DNA of 64,000 bases from an uncultured Planctomycetota bacterium (lineage in GTDB: Bacteria > Planctomycetota > Planctomycetia > Isosphaerales > Isosphaeraceae). The notes under the pieces were generated by a model, which searched no databases, was not told where the DNA came from, and saw only the letters and a program-made list of their open reading frames with translations. The stretch is taken from assembly GCA_963823665.1 (NCBI GenBank), contig CAWGMQ010000003.1:896001-960000 (forward strand). The letters run 5' to 3'. Numbering within the stretch: position 1 is the stretch's first letter; every line of letters starts with the position of its first letter. Positions 41,527-53,506 of the stretch are shown here, one piece after another. Both the position numbers and the translations under genes were made by a program.

Positions 41527-42199
41527 TCAAGCTCGTTGGCCGGCGGTGTTCAAGCCGCCAGCGGGCGATGGCGGCATGGTCGCCGCCCAAGAGAATTTCG
41601 GGGACTAATTTTCCGCGGTAGGCACGTGGCCGGGTGTAGTGGGGATATTCGAGTCCTCCATCCGGGCCGAACGACTCATCAACGGCACTCTCGGGATCAC
41701 CGAGCACTCCGGGAATGAGCCTCACGACCGCGTCGATCAAGACCATGGCCGCAACTTCGCCACCGGAGAGGATGAAGTCGCCCACGGAAAGCAGCTCGGG
41801 CTCGAGGATTTCGATGATCCGCTCGTCAAACCCCTCGTATCGCCCACACAACAGAATGAGTCTTGGTTCCAGTGCCAGCTCGGCAACGCGGCTCTGGTCG
41901 AGCCGGGAGCCTTGCGGCGAGAGCATGATCAGGCGTCCGCGCGGGAGGTTGGCCGCTTGCACGGCCTCGGTCGCCGCTACGACCGGCGGGGCCATCAGGA
42001 CCATTCCCGGGCCACCCCCGAACGGCCGATCGTCGACCTGTTTGTGTTTGCCCTCCGCGTGGTCGCGGAAATCCCAGCATTTGATCTCGACAAGCCCTGC
42101 GTCAATCGCCCGCCTGAGGATGCTCTGGCCCAGGTATCCATCCAGAATCGCCGGGAAGAGTGTCAGAACGTCGATGCGATGCTGCGGCGAGCTTGCCAT
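41527..42199 (-). CDS. trmD: tRNA (guanine37-N1)-methyltransferase (apparent 3' frameshift)
   Basis: IDVLTLFP, VDDRPFGGGPGMV, LLCGRYEGFDER, SVGDFILSGGE, LEYPHYTRP; likely true stop TGA at 41527-41529. Confidence 0.96.
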
Positions 42200-42244
42200 G
42201 TCGCTGACATCCTGGGCCGGTCACTCCCTGGGCGCCTCGGTCAG

Positions 42245-42583
42245 TCAGGCGCCTGGTTGCGACGCGGCCGGCTGCGCGGCTGAGGCCGGGGCCGCGGCGA
42301 CTTCCACCGGCACCTCCCACGGCTCGCCCGGGGCGGGTTTCTTCACACCAAACTTGTTCAAGAGCACCTGAACCTTGTGCGACGGCTGGGCCCCGACGGA
42401 CAGCCAGTAGCGAAGGCGGCTGACGTTCAAGACCGTCTGCGTTTTGGCGTCGGAGCACATCGGGTCGTAGTGACCCAGTTCCTCGATCGGACAGGCGTCG
42501 CGCCCCGTGCGCGAATCCATCGCGCAGATGCGAAAGAACGGGCGATGACGGCGTCCCAGGGCTTTCATACGAAGTCGAACCAC
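42245..42583 (-). CDS. rpsP: 30S ribosomal protein S16
   Basis: VVRLRMKALGRRHRPFFRI, EELGHYDP, YWLSVGAQPS; GTG start with AGGAG RBS. Confidence 0.97.
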   Translation of the reverse strand: MVRLRMKALGRRHRPFFRICAMDSRTGRDACPIEELGHYDPMCSDAKTQTVLNVSRLRYWLSVGAQPSHKVQVLLNKFGVKKPAPGEPWEVPVEVAAAPASAAQPAASQPGA

Positions 42584-42703
42584 TCGCGCACTCCTGTAAT
42601 CAAAAGTCAAATCGAGCTCGTCTCGCCTCACCTTGAGCAGAGATTCGCTCGCTGTTAGATCAGTCGAATCGTAACCAACAAAAATCCCGGGCGGCGCCGG
42701 TGT

Positions 42704-44207
42704 TCACTCGGGGGGCGGGCCGGCTCGGCCGCGCTCCTCGCGGCGGCGGCGGCGTTCCTCCTTTTCTCTCTGTTTTCTCTGTTTTTCGCGCTCCTTGGAT
42801 GTCAACCGCTTGCCCGTCCCGATCTTCGGGCGCCATGATCTGGGCGGCGGGGTTGGTCGCGGCCACGCGGCCGAGCCCCGTCAGCGTGCGGACCTTGTCC
42901 ATCATGCTCATCTGCGCCATCTGCTTGATCACCGCCGCCATCGCGTCGAATTGCTTGACCAGGCTGGATACGTCCGACGGGTCGACGCCGCTGCCGGAGG
43001 CGATTCGCCGCCGCCGCGAGATATCGATGGTTGCCGGATCCCGGCGCTCACCGGGCGTCATGCTGTCGATGATTCCCTCGATCCGCTTCACCTCTTCATC
43101 CGCGTCGACGCCCGCGCCGGCCAGGTTTTCCATCCCCATCTGGCCCATGCCGGGTATCTTGCTCATCAGGTCGCGCATCGAGCCCATCTTCTTCATGGTG
43201 CCGAGCTGCTTACGGAAATCGTCGAGATCGAACTTGCCCTTGGCGAGCGCCTCCTGCTGACGGCGAGCTTCGTCTTCGTCCATCACCGACTGCGCGGCCT
43301 CGACCAGGCCGACGATGTCGCCCATGCCGAGCATCTGGCCAACCAGGCGCTCGGGGTCGAACGGCTCGAGCTTGTCGAGCTTCTCGCCCTTGCCGACGAA
43401 TTTGATCGGCACTCCGGTGACCCGCCGCACCGAAAGCGCCGCGCCGCCGCGGGCGTCGCCGTCGAGCTTGGTCAAGATCACGCCGTCCAGCTCGAGGGCC
43501 TTGTTGAAGGCTTCGGCCGAGGCGACCGCATCCTGCCCCGTCAATGCGTCGCAGACGAAGAACACCTGGTGGGGCTTGACCTTCTTCTCGATCAACGTCA
43601 ACTCGGCCATCAGCTCATCGTCGATGTGCAGCCGCCCGGCGGTGTCCAGAATCAGGGTGTCGCACCCCTGCCGGTTGGCTTCAACCAGAGCCTGCTGGCA
43701 GACCGCGACCGGGTTCGACCCGGTCTGGCTGAAGACCGGAACCCCGACCTGCCCGCCGATCACCTTGAGCTGCTCGACGGCCGCGGGGCGCTGGAGGTCG
43801 GCCGCAACCAGCATCGGCTTGCGCCCCTCGGAACCGAGCAGCCGGGCAAGCTTGCCGCAGGTCGTCGTCTTGCCCGAGCCCTGAAGCCCGCAGAGCATGA
43901 GGACCGTGAGCCCTGCCTTCTCGAGGCGAATCGACGGGTCGACCGGACCCATCAGCTCGATCAGCTCGTCGTGCACGATCTTGACGATCTGCTCGTCGGG
44001 CCGAACGCTCTTGATCAACTGCGTGCCGACGGCCTTGTCGGTGATCTTGGCCATGAAGTCCTGGACGACGTTGTAATGAACGTCGGCCTCGAGCAAGGCG
44101 TTTCGCACCTCGCCCAGACCTTCCCTCATGTTCGCTTCGGTCAGGATGCCGCTCTTGCGGAACCGCCGGAACGCCGAGGACAGCCGTTTTTGTAAGTCGT
44201 CGAACAT
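42704..44207 (-). CDS. ffh: Signal recognition particle protein (frameshift near 42825)
   Basis: ALLEADV, GLQGSGKTT, DLQRPAA, DTAGRL, TKLDGDARGGAALS, LGMGD, SMTPGER, SRRRRIASGSG. Confidence 0.97.
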
Positions 44208-44357
44208 CGTTGGCCAGGACCCTGCGCATACATGATGGACTAGAACCCCTGATTATAATGGGTGCAGCAAGCCCTGGCAACGCGAAGGGCACCGGAGGTC
44301 GTTTCCCGCCATTAAGAAAATATGTTTCGATCGGTCACGAGAGTTGCTGAGCGCTGA

Positions 44358-44394
44358 TTGTAGCATTGACTGCTACAACGGCATGGGCGATAGT
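44358..44394 (+). promoter_or_regulatory. TA promoter with palindromic operator
   Basis: TTGTAGCA-TTGAC-TGCTACAA perfect 8-bp inverted repeat overlapping TTGACT, with GATAGT 17 bp downstream. Confidence 0.65.
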
Positions 44395-44438
44395 TAAAAG
44401 TAGGGAAATTCTCCCGAAATCAAGACTCGGTTTTGAAT

Positions 44439-44738
44439 ATGAGTGCAGAGCGAATGGCCGCTAAACGGTTGCGCCACGAACGCGAAATCTCCAAGACTCC
44501 GTCTGGAAAGGCTCGGGCTGCGAAGAAACCTTCGTCCGAGGCTGTAGACTCCAAGTCTGACAAAGCGGTCATCGTTAAGAATGGACCTTGTGGTACAACG
44601 ACCAAGACTACTAAATCTCGAATTCCCAACGCAGTTTCACGAAAGGCTCTCGCTGATCTCAAAGCGGGACGCGTGACGCGATACGCTGACGTGGACGATC
44701 TGTTTGATAAATTGGGGATTAAGATTGGCGAAGGCTAG
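44439..44738 (+). CDS. DinJ/RelB-like antitoxin
   Basis: C-terminal IPNAVSRKALADLKAGRVTRYADVDDLFDKLGI; overlaps the toxin start. Confidence 0.75.
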   Translation: MSAERMAAKRLRHEREISKTPSGKARAAKKPSSEAVDSKSDKAVIVKNGPCGTTTKTTKSRIPNAVSRKALADLKAGRVTRYADVDDLFDKLGIKIGEG

Positions 44739-45042
44739 TCAGGAGTCCTCACAGCCACCTCCGCCTTTGATCATAGTAACAACGCCAGCGTATGATCGAG
44801 ACATGAAGCGGCAGGCGAAGAAGCAAGGTACTCGCATAGAGAAACTCTATGCGGTTATACGGTTGTTGTCTGATCGCGAATCGCTGCCTGGAAGTCACAG
44901 AGATCATGCACTTGAAGGCGATTGGGCCGGATTTCGAGAATGCCATGTCGGCGGCGAAGGAGACTGGCTATTGGTCTATCGGCGCTCCCAGAACATGCTC
45001 GAGCTTGTTCGTACTGGGACGCACGATGAAATCTTCCAATAG
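44725..45042 (+). CDS. yafQ: YafQ family mRNA interferase toxin
   Basis: RDHALEGDWAGFRECHV..DWLLVY..LELVRTGTHDEIF. Confidence 0.9.
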   Translation: MAKASQESSQPPPPLIIVTTPAYDRDMKRQAKKQGTRIEKLYAVIRLLSDRESLPGSHRDHALEGDWAGFRECHVGGEGDWLLVYRRSQNMLELVRTGTHDEIFQ

Positions 45043-45080
45043 GTTCCGCTAAGAGACAGTTCTGACTGCGTAGGTCCGCG

Positions 45081-45782
45081 TCACGTCGACTGCCGTGGAT
45101 CGCTGTGGTTGGAGCGAAGGCGCCGCACAAGCCGATCAACGTCGAACCCAATCAAGCTCTCCACCACCAGGTCGGCGCCCGACTGGGCCAGCGTGGCGAC
45201 GGGGTGGGTCGTCGTCAGTCCGACGGCGTACATGCCCGCGGCCTTGGCGGCCTGGATCCCGACGGTTGCATCCTCGAACACGACCGAACGCGCCGGCAGA
45301 GCTCCCGACTTGGCCGCTGCGATCAGGAACACTTGAGGATCGGGCTTGCCGCGCGTGATGTCCTCGAGCGACGCAATCGCCGCAAATCGCCCCTCGAGCC
45401 CGCATTCGCTGACGCTCAGCTCGAGGTTAGCCAGCGGGCCGCTCGAGCCGATCGCCAGCTTGACCCCGCGATCGGTGAGCGCATCGAGCAGCTCCCGCAT
45501 TCCCTCCAGCAGTTGAATGCGCCCCCGCGCGACGTCGCGGTAGCACTCTTCCTTCAGATCCGCATAACGCCGCACCTCCAGGTCACTGAGCTTTTCCCCG
45601 AGCAGATGGCGAAAAATGCTGGGGTTCGTCATGCCGAATGTCGAGTGGATGAACTCGGGCGTGAAGCCCAGTTTCGTCCTCCGCTCAAGCTCCATCCAGG
45701 CCTGCTCGTGGAATTCGAACGAGTCAACCAGAACACCGTCATGATCGAATATGGCGAGAAGATCGTCCGGATCCGGCGTCAC
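45081..45782 (-). CDS. HAD-superfamily phosphatase (beta-PGM-like)
   Basis: IFDHDGVLVDS, GSSG, GKPDPQVFL, VFEDATVGIQAA. Confidence 0.92.
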   Translation of the reverse strand: MTPDPDDLLAIFDHDGVLVDSFEFHEQAWMELERRTKLGFTPEFIHSTFGMTNPSIFRHLLGEKLSDLEVRRYADLKEECYRDVARGRIQLLEGMRELLDALTDRGVKLAIGSSGPLANLELSVSECGLEGRFAAIASLEDITRGKPDPQVFLIAAAKSGALPARSVVFEDATVGIQAAKAAGMYAVGLTTTHPVATLAQSGADLVVESLIGFDVDRLVRRLRSNHSDPRQST

Positions 45783-45872
45783 ATCAAGGTCCTTTTTCGA
45801 GATGAATGCGTCAGTTTGTACCGCCAGGAAAGATTCCGCGCACGATTCCGGCGGCACCCAGCATCTGGTCGC

Positions 45873-46313
45873 TCACCATCGCTTGTACGGCAAGAACTTG
45901 CCCGACATCGTGATCTTCACGCGATCACCCTTGGGGTCGAGCTCCTTCTCCACATCCATCGTGAAATCGATGGCACTCATGATGCCGTCACCGAAGGTTT
46001 CCTGGATCACATCTTTGAGCGGCAAGCCATAGACTTGCAGAATCTCGTGAAAGCGGTAGAGCAGCGGGTCGACCGGGACCGTTTCCATCAGACCTCCCTT
46101 CACGGGAAAACCGGTTAACTCCGGCACGAGCGTCCGGTCCAGCCCCAAGGCGTCTAGCAGCTTGCCCGCCTGCTCCGGGGTCGCACTGGCCTGTCGGTAG
46201 CAGACAGCCGCCAGGAAGATCGGATTGCAGCCCGCGATCTTCGCCAGCTCGGCAAAGGTCATGCCCTTCGCTCGCTTGGCTTGCAGAATGGTTTCGGTGA
46301 TTTCGAATTGCAT
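45873..46313 (-). CDS. cynS: Cyanate hydratase (cyanase)
   Basis: PVDPLLYRFHEILQVYG, FGDGIMSAIDF, DPKGDRVKITMSGKFLPY. Confidence 0.96.
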   Translation of the reverse strand: MQFEITETILQAKRAKGMTFAELAKIAGCNPIFLAAVCYRQASATPEQAGKLLDALGLDRTLVPELTGFPVKGGLMETVPVDPLLYRFHEILQVYGLPLKDVIQETFGDGIMSAIDFTMDVEKELDPKGDRVKITMSGKFLPYKRW

Positions 46314-46497
46314 GGCCGTTTGTCCCCAGAAGCATCAAGATGGACCCACGACCAGCGCGATCTTACGATTGCGGCGGTCGTAAAGGCGAGCGCGCCCGGC
46401 CCTGCCGGCGACTCATCGTGCGGGGTAGCCATTCTACGGGCATTGTGTTCTGGCGCCCAAGCGAGAAGCGCGGCGCGCGAGCGAGGGAGATCGATCG

Positions 46498-47875
46498 ATG
46501 GCTGCGCGCCCGTTCCGGATCTTCTGGCTGAAGGTACTCGTCGCCCACACGATTCTGGCGATTCTCTGGTGGGAATTACAGCCGGGCGGGTTCCCCGCCG
46601 GCCATCCGCGGTTCTGGTCCAACACGGTCGCGCCGATCGCGGCACTCGCCGCTTCACTCGGCTCGCTGTGGGCGCTCCATCGTGAATCGATCGCGGCGCT
46701 GCGAGTGCTGTTGCCGGTCTGGCCCGCGGCGTGGGCCGCGATGGCGGTCTCGACCCGCGTCTTGTTCCCGATCACGCTGGCGTGGCTATGGCTGGCGCCC
46801 GCCGCGGCTGCCGCGCTCATGGCGCTGTTGACGATACCGGTGTATTTTCACCGGCCGCGAGCGAGCACGCGAGCGATCATGGCTCTCGCCGGAACGATCA
46901 TGCTCTCGGCGACCACCGGGGTGGCTCTGGCCTACACGCAACGCGCGCCCCTGCCCGCGACGCGTCCACTCGACATCCCGTTTTCCGAGCTCGAAGCCGG
47001 CCCGGGGAACTCTGCCTCACAGCCGGGGGCGATCCGACTCGACGGGAATGTGCTGGTTCAGTCATCAAACGCCTCAATCACGGTGCCCCTGGGCCGCCTG
47101 ACATTGATGGTTGATCCGCTCTTGTTGTTCTCCAGCCGATCGCTGGACGGATGCCCCACAGTTCTCGTGCAACCGCAGGTGCGTGAGGGTGCCGCTCCCA
47201 GGTTTCGTGGCGGGCGTCACGAAGGCCAGCAAGCCTGCTCGCTCATCTTCGACGTCCCGGGTCAAGGCCCGGCCTTCTTGAGCGGCACGGGCCGGGAGTG
47301 GCGGGACCGTGCTTTCGGTTCTGGCCCTGACACGGCTCGATCAGCCTGTGTATTCGCACCTGAATTCGTACTGCGACGTCGAGATTCGCGGGCATCGCGA
47401 GCTGTCGCTCGAGTTTTCGCCTTGTCCGGACGTCGCCGTTGACGTCCTGCCTTTCGACTATCCCTTCGGCCGGCCCGCCCGCTTCGCATTCCTCGATCGA
47501 GGAGGCACCTTCCGCGTGGTTGAGGCCTCGAGCGGCGAGAAGGGCCCGTTCAAGCTGCTCGCGAGCGGCCCGCTCGGCCGCGACGAGCCGCTCGAGATCA
47601 CCCTGCTCGACCAAGGGCGGCCCGAGGGATGGATCACACTGGCCGACTGGGCGCAACAGGCCGGTACAGCCCTGTCGCCATCGGCGGGCTGGGGCGTGCC
47701 GGTGAATGCGATCGAGTTCAGCGCTTCGGGTGATGAGCCGGAGGCGCCGGCCTCAATCTTCGTGACGCTGGCGGGCACATCGGTCGGTCGCGGCTGGGAT
47801 TGCGTGGGGCACACCGCGGGCACGTACCGGAATCGCATTCGCTTCGAGCGGATCGACGATTCCGGTACGGATTGA
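46498..47875 (+). CDS. Hypothetical membrane protein (frameshift near 47300)
   Basis: N-terminal TM helices with PGGFP..HPRFWSN; soluble C-terminal part in ORF 47309..47875. Confidence 0.7.
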
Positions 47876-47878
47876 GAT

Positions 47879-50105
47879 TTAGCGACGGCCGGTCGCCGCG
47901 GGCGGGCAGTTGGCCTGGACCGGAACCACCGCGGGCGCCGGAACAAGGTACTGCGCCTGCACAGGCGCGGCCCTCGCCGCCGCCGCGCGGGTAAACTGTG
48001 GCATCGGGTAGCTCGGGTCGCGCTCCAGGCTCACCTGCACCCATCCGCTGGGGTCCAGCGGCGAGATCGAACGGATGAATAACCCCGGGATCTTCACGTC
48101 GTCGAGCGTCAAATCGATCGGCTGCTGGCGAAGCTGTGCCGCCCAGAGCACCGAGCACGAACGCCGTCGAGAACCGTGAGAGCAGTGCGGCCTTGGCCTC
48201 GTCGTCGGCGATGGCGAAGACCTGCCCGTCGGCCCCGGGGTTGAACTCCTCGACCTTGGCCTGAACGCGCATGGCCCCCGGCTTGGACAGGTCGACCTTG
48301 TATGACAGCGAGATCTCGGCAAGCGGGACCTTGATCCGGTAGACCTTGGCCGGTGCTCCCACGAACCCGCCTTTTTCTTGATTCTCGGGTGCCGGCACCT
48401 CGATCTGGAGGTCGTGAATCAGCGCGACCAGGAATCCGCGGGCGTCGGTGCTGAATTCGGGCGGAGTCTTGGGGCGCGTGACCCGAAGGACCGTCGTCTT
48501 GGGAGTACCGGGCTTGGGCTTGCGAGACTCGGCGAGCCGCTTGGCGAAGGTGGTGAAGTCGACGTTCTTGGCGATCTCGAGTCCCTCGCGCGGCGGCGTG
48601 CCGGGGGGCACGTCCTTGATGACGAGCATCACGTTGTCAACCGACCGCACCATGTCTCGCTCGTAGAGCCCCGTTGCCAGGCTCCCGAGCAGCGAACCAA
48701 CGTGGACGCTCGCCCGGATGCCGGGCTCGATGTTCGAAAGCTCCGTGGGCGCCGGAACGTCCGCGCCGGGCCCGCCGGGTAAATCTTTCCAGTTGAACCG
48801 CCCGCCGACGAGGACACCCTCAGGCCGGGACCGCAGGGCCAGGTTCGTGATCACGACGTCCTTCACGGCCAGTGTATTGTCGCCGAGCAAGCCCTGAGCC
48901 CGCAGGTCGGCATTTCTCTGCGCGGTCTCGGCGGCGATGCGCTCCTGCGCCTCCTCGAGCGCTTCCTTGGGAATCTCCTGGCGAAACTGCCCGATCGAGC
49001 CCTCGTAAACCTTCTGGTTGATCCCGTTCTCGTCCATGCCGATGAGGCCGGCGATCGCGCGGCCGAACTCGTGGCCCTGTGTCGGCACCGAGCCGATTGC
49101 GGCGTCGATGTTGTGTGTGTACGACGGCCAGATCTGCAATCCGGTCCCGCGCAGCACCGTGGTGATCGTGAGCTCGGCCCAGTCGTAGGTGGTCGCATTG
49201 AACTGGTAGAGCTTGGTTGCCCGCTGGCCTTGCGCGTCGGATGCGACCCGGTTGTTGAAATCCCAGACCGGCGTCACGCTGGTGAAGAGCTGCTTGTTGT
49301 AGAAGGCGATGCCGTCGTCGCTGCTCATCAGTCCGAACCCGGTCTTGGGCCCGGCGGTGACCTGCGAGATATAGCCCTTGCGCTCGACCGGCCCGCTTTG
49401 GACCAGGTCGGCGTTCAGGAAGGGGGAGACGGTGCTCATATCCACGGTGATGTCGAGATTGGGACGGTTGAACAGGTCATTCACGGCGGCCTCCAGCTCG
49501 GCCGAAGGCCACCACGGCTGTTTGCGGTTTCCGTCGGAGAGCAGAGCCACCGAGTCGTGAATCCTCCGGAGGGCGGACTGCCGTTTGGCGACAGTGGGGG
49601 CGGAATCGTACTCCCGCAAAGCCGTTCCCAGATCGGTCCTCACAAAGTCGACCCAGCGCTTGCGGTTGGCGACAACGCCCGGGTCGCTGGTGGCCGGCAG
49701 CGCGTCGACCGCCTCGGAGAGCCGGCGCCTGGCCCACGCCAGGCGCAGGCGGGGCCGCAGCCACTCACGCAGCTCCTGCCGGAGATTGGCCGCCGGCTGC
49801 CAGGCAATGGATCCCAGCGTCTCGGAGACCTGGTAGATCGGGTCAAGTGCCGCCAGCCGGTCGGTCTCGCTCTCGGCGTTTCCGTAAGCGCGCAAGTCGG
49901 CCAGCAGGGCATCGAAGAGCGCGTCCCACCCGGCGCGATTGGGCTGAGCAGCGGCGCCCGGGCTGTCCCATGACTTTCGGATCGCTTGGATCGACCGCTC
50001 GACTGCCTGGTAGCTCGGGGTTGTGGGAGCTGCCGCGAAAGCCGTTACAACCACCCAGCTCGCCACCGCGCATGCCGCCGTTAGAAGCCTAACCGTCCGT
50101 CGCAT
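47879..50105 (-). CDS. Large secreted hypothetical protein (frameshift near 48140)
   Basis: Signal peptide, GC-rich codon usage across 795-aa ORF; C-terminus in ORF 47879..48322. Confidence 0.75.
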
Positions 50106-50530
50106 CGTTGTCTCCGTCCTTTGGCTGTTCGCCTGAAATCCAAGCGATGGTCAAAGTTGAATCGTCCGAACGCTCCTCGTGCAATGAACCGTCCTGAACC
50201 GATTTCGAGTGGCCGTGCCGGCATTTTCCGTAGGCGCCCTAGAACCCCGGCCGCAAGTGGGGCTCTGCAACGAGCATAAGATATGCACGATCGATGCCGA
50301 TGATTCAAGATGTAAGGGATCGCCCGGGCGGACGCACCGCAGAATTGCCGGCGGGCGCCGCGAGCCGCCCACGACAATGCGCGGCGGTTTTTGCTACAAT
50401 CGCCTGCGGTCGTGCTGCGGTTGGCTCGCGCTCTTGCGCCAGGCCGCCGAGGGCCCTCGCGGCTGAGCGGAATTATCCATTCATCATCAGGCCGCGCTTT
50501 AGCTTACATTTCGCCAAGGAGAATCGCTTC

Positions 50531-52493
50531 ATGAATGCCGATCGGCCTTCAGAAACCCGCCCGTGGCCCGTTCCCCCGTCATTTTTGATCTTCATCCTGA
50601 CCGCAACTCTCGCCGCCGGCTGCAACGGCACTCCGGCTGCCACGAGCAATGCCGGCACGAAGACCGGCGGGCCCGATCAGGCCGGCTCGCAGAAAGCCGC
50701 CGGAGGTGTGGCCAAGCCCGCTGAATCCCAGGCGACCGTCTCGCACATCGAAGGCGATCGTATGTCGAGTATCCCCAAGGCCGTCATGTCCAAGCAGACC
50801 GAGTCGAGCCCGTTTCGATTTGCCGAGATCGCCAAGGAGGCCGGGATCGACTTCGTGCATTTCTCGGGCATGACCGACGAGAAGCATTTCCCGACCGCCA
50901 ACGGCTCGGGAGCCGCCGTCTTCGACTTCGACAACGACGGCCTCCTCGACATCTACTTCGCCACCTGCACCCTCTTGCCGCTGGGAACCGCCGAGAAGGG
51001 CCCAAACCGGCTCTACAAGAACCTGGGTGGCAACCATTTCAAGGATGTGACCGAGTCGTCCGGGCTGGGCTTCGAGGGCTTCTGTCACGGCATCATCACC
51101 GGCGACATCGACAACGACGGCGATCAGGACGTCTTCCTGTGCAACTACGGCTCGAACGTTCTCTATGTGAATAACGGCAACGGCACGTTCACGGACATCA
51201 GCAAGAAGGCAGGCATCGACGCTCCCAACTGGTCTTCCGGCGGCGCCATGCTCGATTACGACAACGACGGCTTTCTCGACATCTACGTCACGAACTACGG
51301 CCGCTGGCGCTACCCCGAGGACCACCACCGGGCCGGCGACCCCGAGAAGAAGGTCTGGCTCTACTCCTCGCCCCGGGCGATCCAGACCGTCCAGCACCTG
51401 TTCTTCCACAACAACGGCAATAACACGTTTACGAACGTCTATGAAAAGGTGATCCGCACCGACCCCAAGCCGCGCTCCGACGGGCACGGGTTCGGCGTGG
51501 TGGCCGCAGACGTGAACGACGACGGGCTGATCGACCTCTTCGTCGCCAACGACATGAACCCGAACTTCCTCTTCTTGAATCGCGGCGACGGCACCTTCGA
51601 CGACGTCTCCGAGATCTCGGGCGCCGCCTTCAACGTCAACGGGATGGCCCAGTCGGGGATGGGAGTCGACGCCGAGGACGTCGACGGCGACGGCCTTCCC
51701 GAGCTGTTTGTCACCAATTTCTCGAACGAATACTGCCACCCTTTACTTCAACTACGGAAAGGGAACGTTCTCCGACGACACCGCCTTCTACGGCCTGGCC
51801 TCCGACTCGCTCCCCTGGGTCAAGTGGGGCTGTGCACTTTCCGACTTCGACAGCGACGGCTGGCCCGACCTCTTCTTCGTCAACGGCCACGTCGACAACA
51901 ATCGCCGCGAGATCGGCCAGCCCGTCGACTACGAGGAGCTTCCCCTTCTCTTCCACAACGTGGCTGCTGGCGGCAGGAAGCGCTTCCGCCTGGCAACCCG
52001 CGATGCCGGACCGTACTTCGACACCAAGCACGTCGGGCGCGGAGCCGCCTTCGGCGACATCGACAACGACGGCGATATCGACATCGTGGTCAACCACAAA
52101 GACGCTGCGCCGGCCTTGCTGCGAAACGACACCAAGTCTCCAAACCACTGGATCCGCTTCATCCTGGAAGGCACCAAGAGCAACCGCGACTCGATCGGTG
52201 CCAAGCTCGCGATCACCGTCGGCGGAACGACCATTTACCGCCAGCGCAAGGGCGGCTACAGCATGCAGGCCACCAACGATCACCGGGTGGTCGTTGGCAT
52301 AGGCCCCGCAACGACGGTCGACAAGGCCGTGATCCGCTGGCCGTCCGGTCGAGAGATCACCCTCGAAAAGCTCAAAGTCGACCAGGATTACAAGCTGGTC
52401 GAGCCCAAGAGCGAGGCCGCGTTCAAGCCGTACACGCCTCTCGCCAAGCCGGCGCCCGCGGCTCCCACGGAGAAAGCCAAGGCCTCCCCGTGA
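50531..52493 (+). CDS. CRTAC1 / ASPIC-UnbV FG-GAP repeat lipoprotein (frameshift near 51735)
   Basis: LAAGC lipobox, repeated DxDNDGxxD, GRGAAFGDIDNDGDID, SNRDSIGA, IRWPSG. Confidence 0.9.
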
Positions 52494-52613
52494 CGGCCGC
52501 GCTACGCAATAATCTCGCGGAAACCGCGAAGTGGATTACAGAGCCCTCGCACCGCGCTCCCGTTCAGGACGCATGCGATGCGCTTGCGCCAGGGCCGTTT
52601 CACGGGGCAAGTA

Positions 52614-53328
52614 ATGAACGCAGAGCATTCGATGTGGCCGCTGATCCGATTCGGGGTCGTCAAGGACGCCTGGGCTCTCTACAAGCAGCACGCTTTCGTC
52701 TGGTCGCTGGCCACACTGATCATGATGGCCGCGTTCGGGATGGTGAATGGAGCGCTCCACGCCGCGTTTGGGGGCGGCGAGCCGCTGGGTCCCGGCGGCT
52801 TCCGGCTTTTTCTTCCAGCCGACCGGCGCCGTGAGATTCATCACTTCAACCGTGGTGAGCGGCTTCTTCCTGGGCGGAATGATCCGCATGGCGGGCCGCC
52901 AGATTCGCGGCGGCACGCCCCGGATCGAAGACCTGTTCAGCATCACCGACTGCTGGTTTGACCTGGTCCTCGTCTCGTTTCTGATCGGCGTGGCAACCTC
53001 GATCGGCTTCGCGCTTTGCATCGTGCCCGGCATCATCGTCTCCGGCTTGTTCATGCTGGCCATTCCACTGGTGGCGGAAGGCCGCCTGCCTGCCACCGGC
53101 GCGCTCATCCAGAGCTGGCACGCGCTCAAGTCGCAATGGCTCACTGCCGCGATCTTTCACGCGGTCCTCATCATTGTGGCCGTGGCTGGCATCATGTGCT
53201 GCTTCATCGGCGTTTTCGTCACCGGCCCGCTCTACTGCCTGTCCGTCGCCCTCCTGTACCAGCAGTTCTTCGGCTGGGGCGCGGTTCCGCATTCGAACAA
53301 ACCCGCCGACCCATTCCCCGACGTGTGA
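52614..53328 (+). CDS. Integral membrane protein (frameshift near 52820)
   Basis: AWALYK, IEDLF, GFALCIVPG, ALIQSW, MCCFIGVFVTGP. Confidence 0.75.
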
Positions 53329-53453
53329 CGCCCAACCGCCAGCCCTGTCGGAGCCGACTCCGCACGGCAACCTCACACGCCCCGCACAGCCATTCGGGCG
53401 AGGAACACCCTGAACGCATCAGACTGGGTTTTGACCCCGCCGTCTGCTACAAC

Positions 53454-53478
53454 AATGTTTAACTTCAGTTAAAACATT
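53454..53478. promoter_or_regulatory. AT-rich imperfect palindrome, candidate operator
   Basis: AATGTTTAAC-TTCA-GTTAAAACATT between a TTGACC hexamer and the PVC gene start. Confidence 0.5.
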
Positions 53479-53506
53479 CGTTTCACACAGCGCGGATAAA
53501 ACGGCC

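Noticed and set aside
37018..44195. Long antisense ORFs (37018..38400, 42795..44195 and similar elsewhere)
   Set aside because: Shadow ORFs of real genes on the opposite strand, expected in GC-rich DNA
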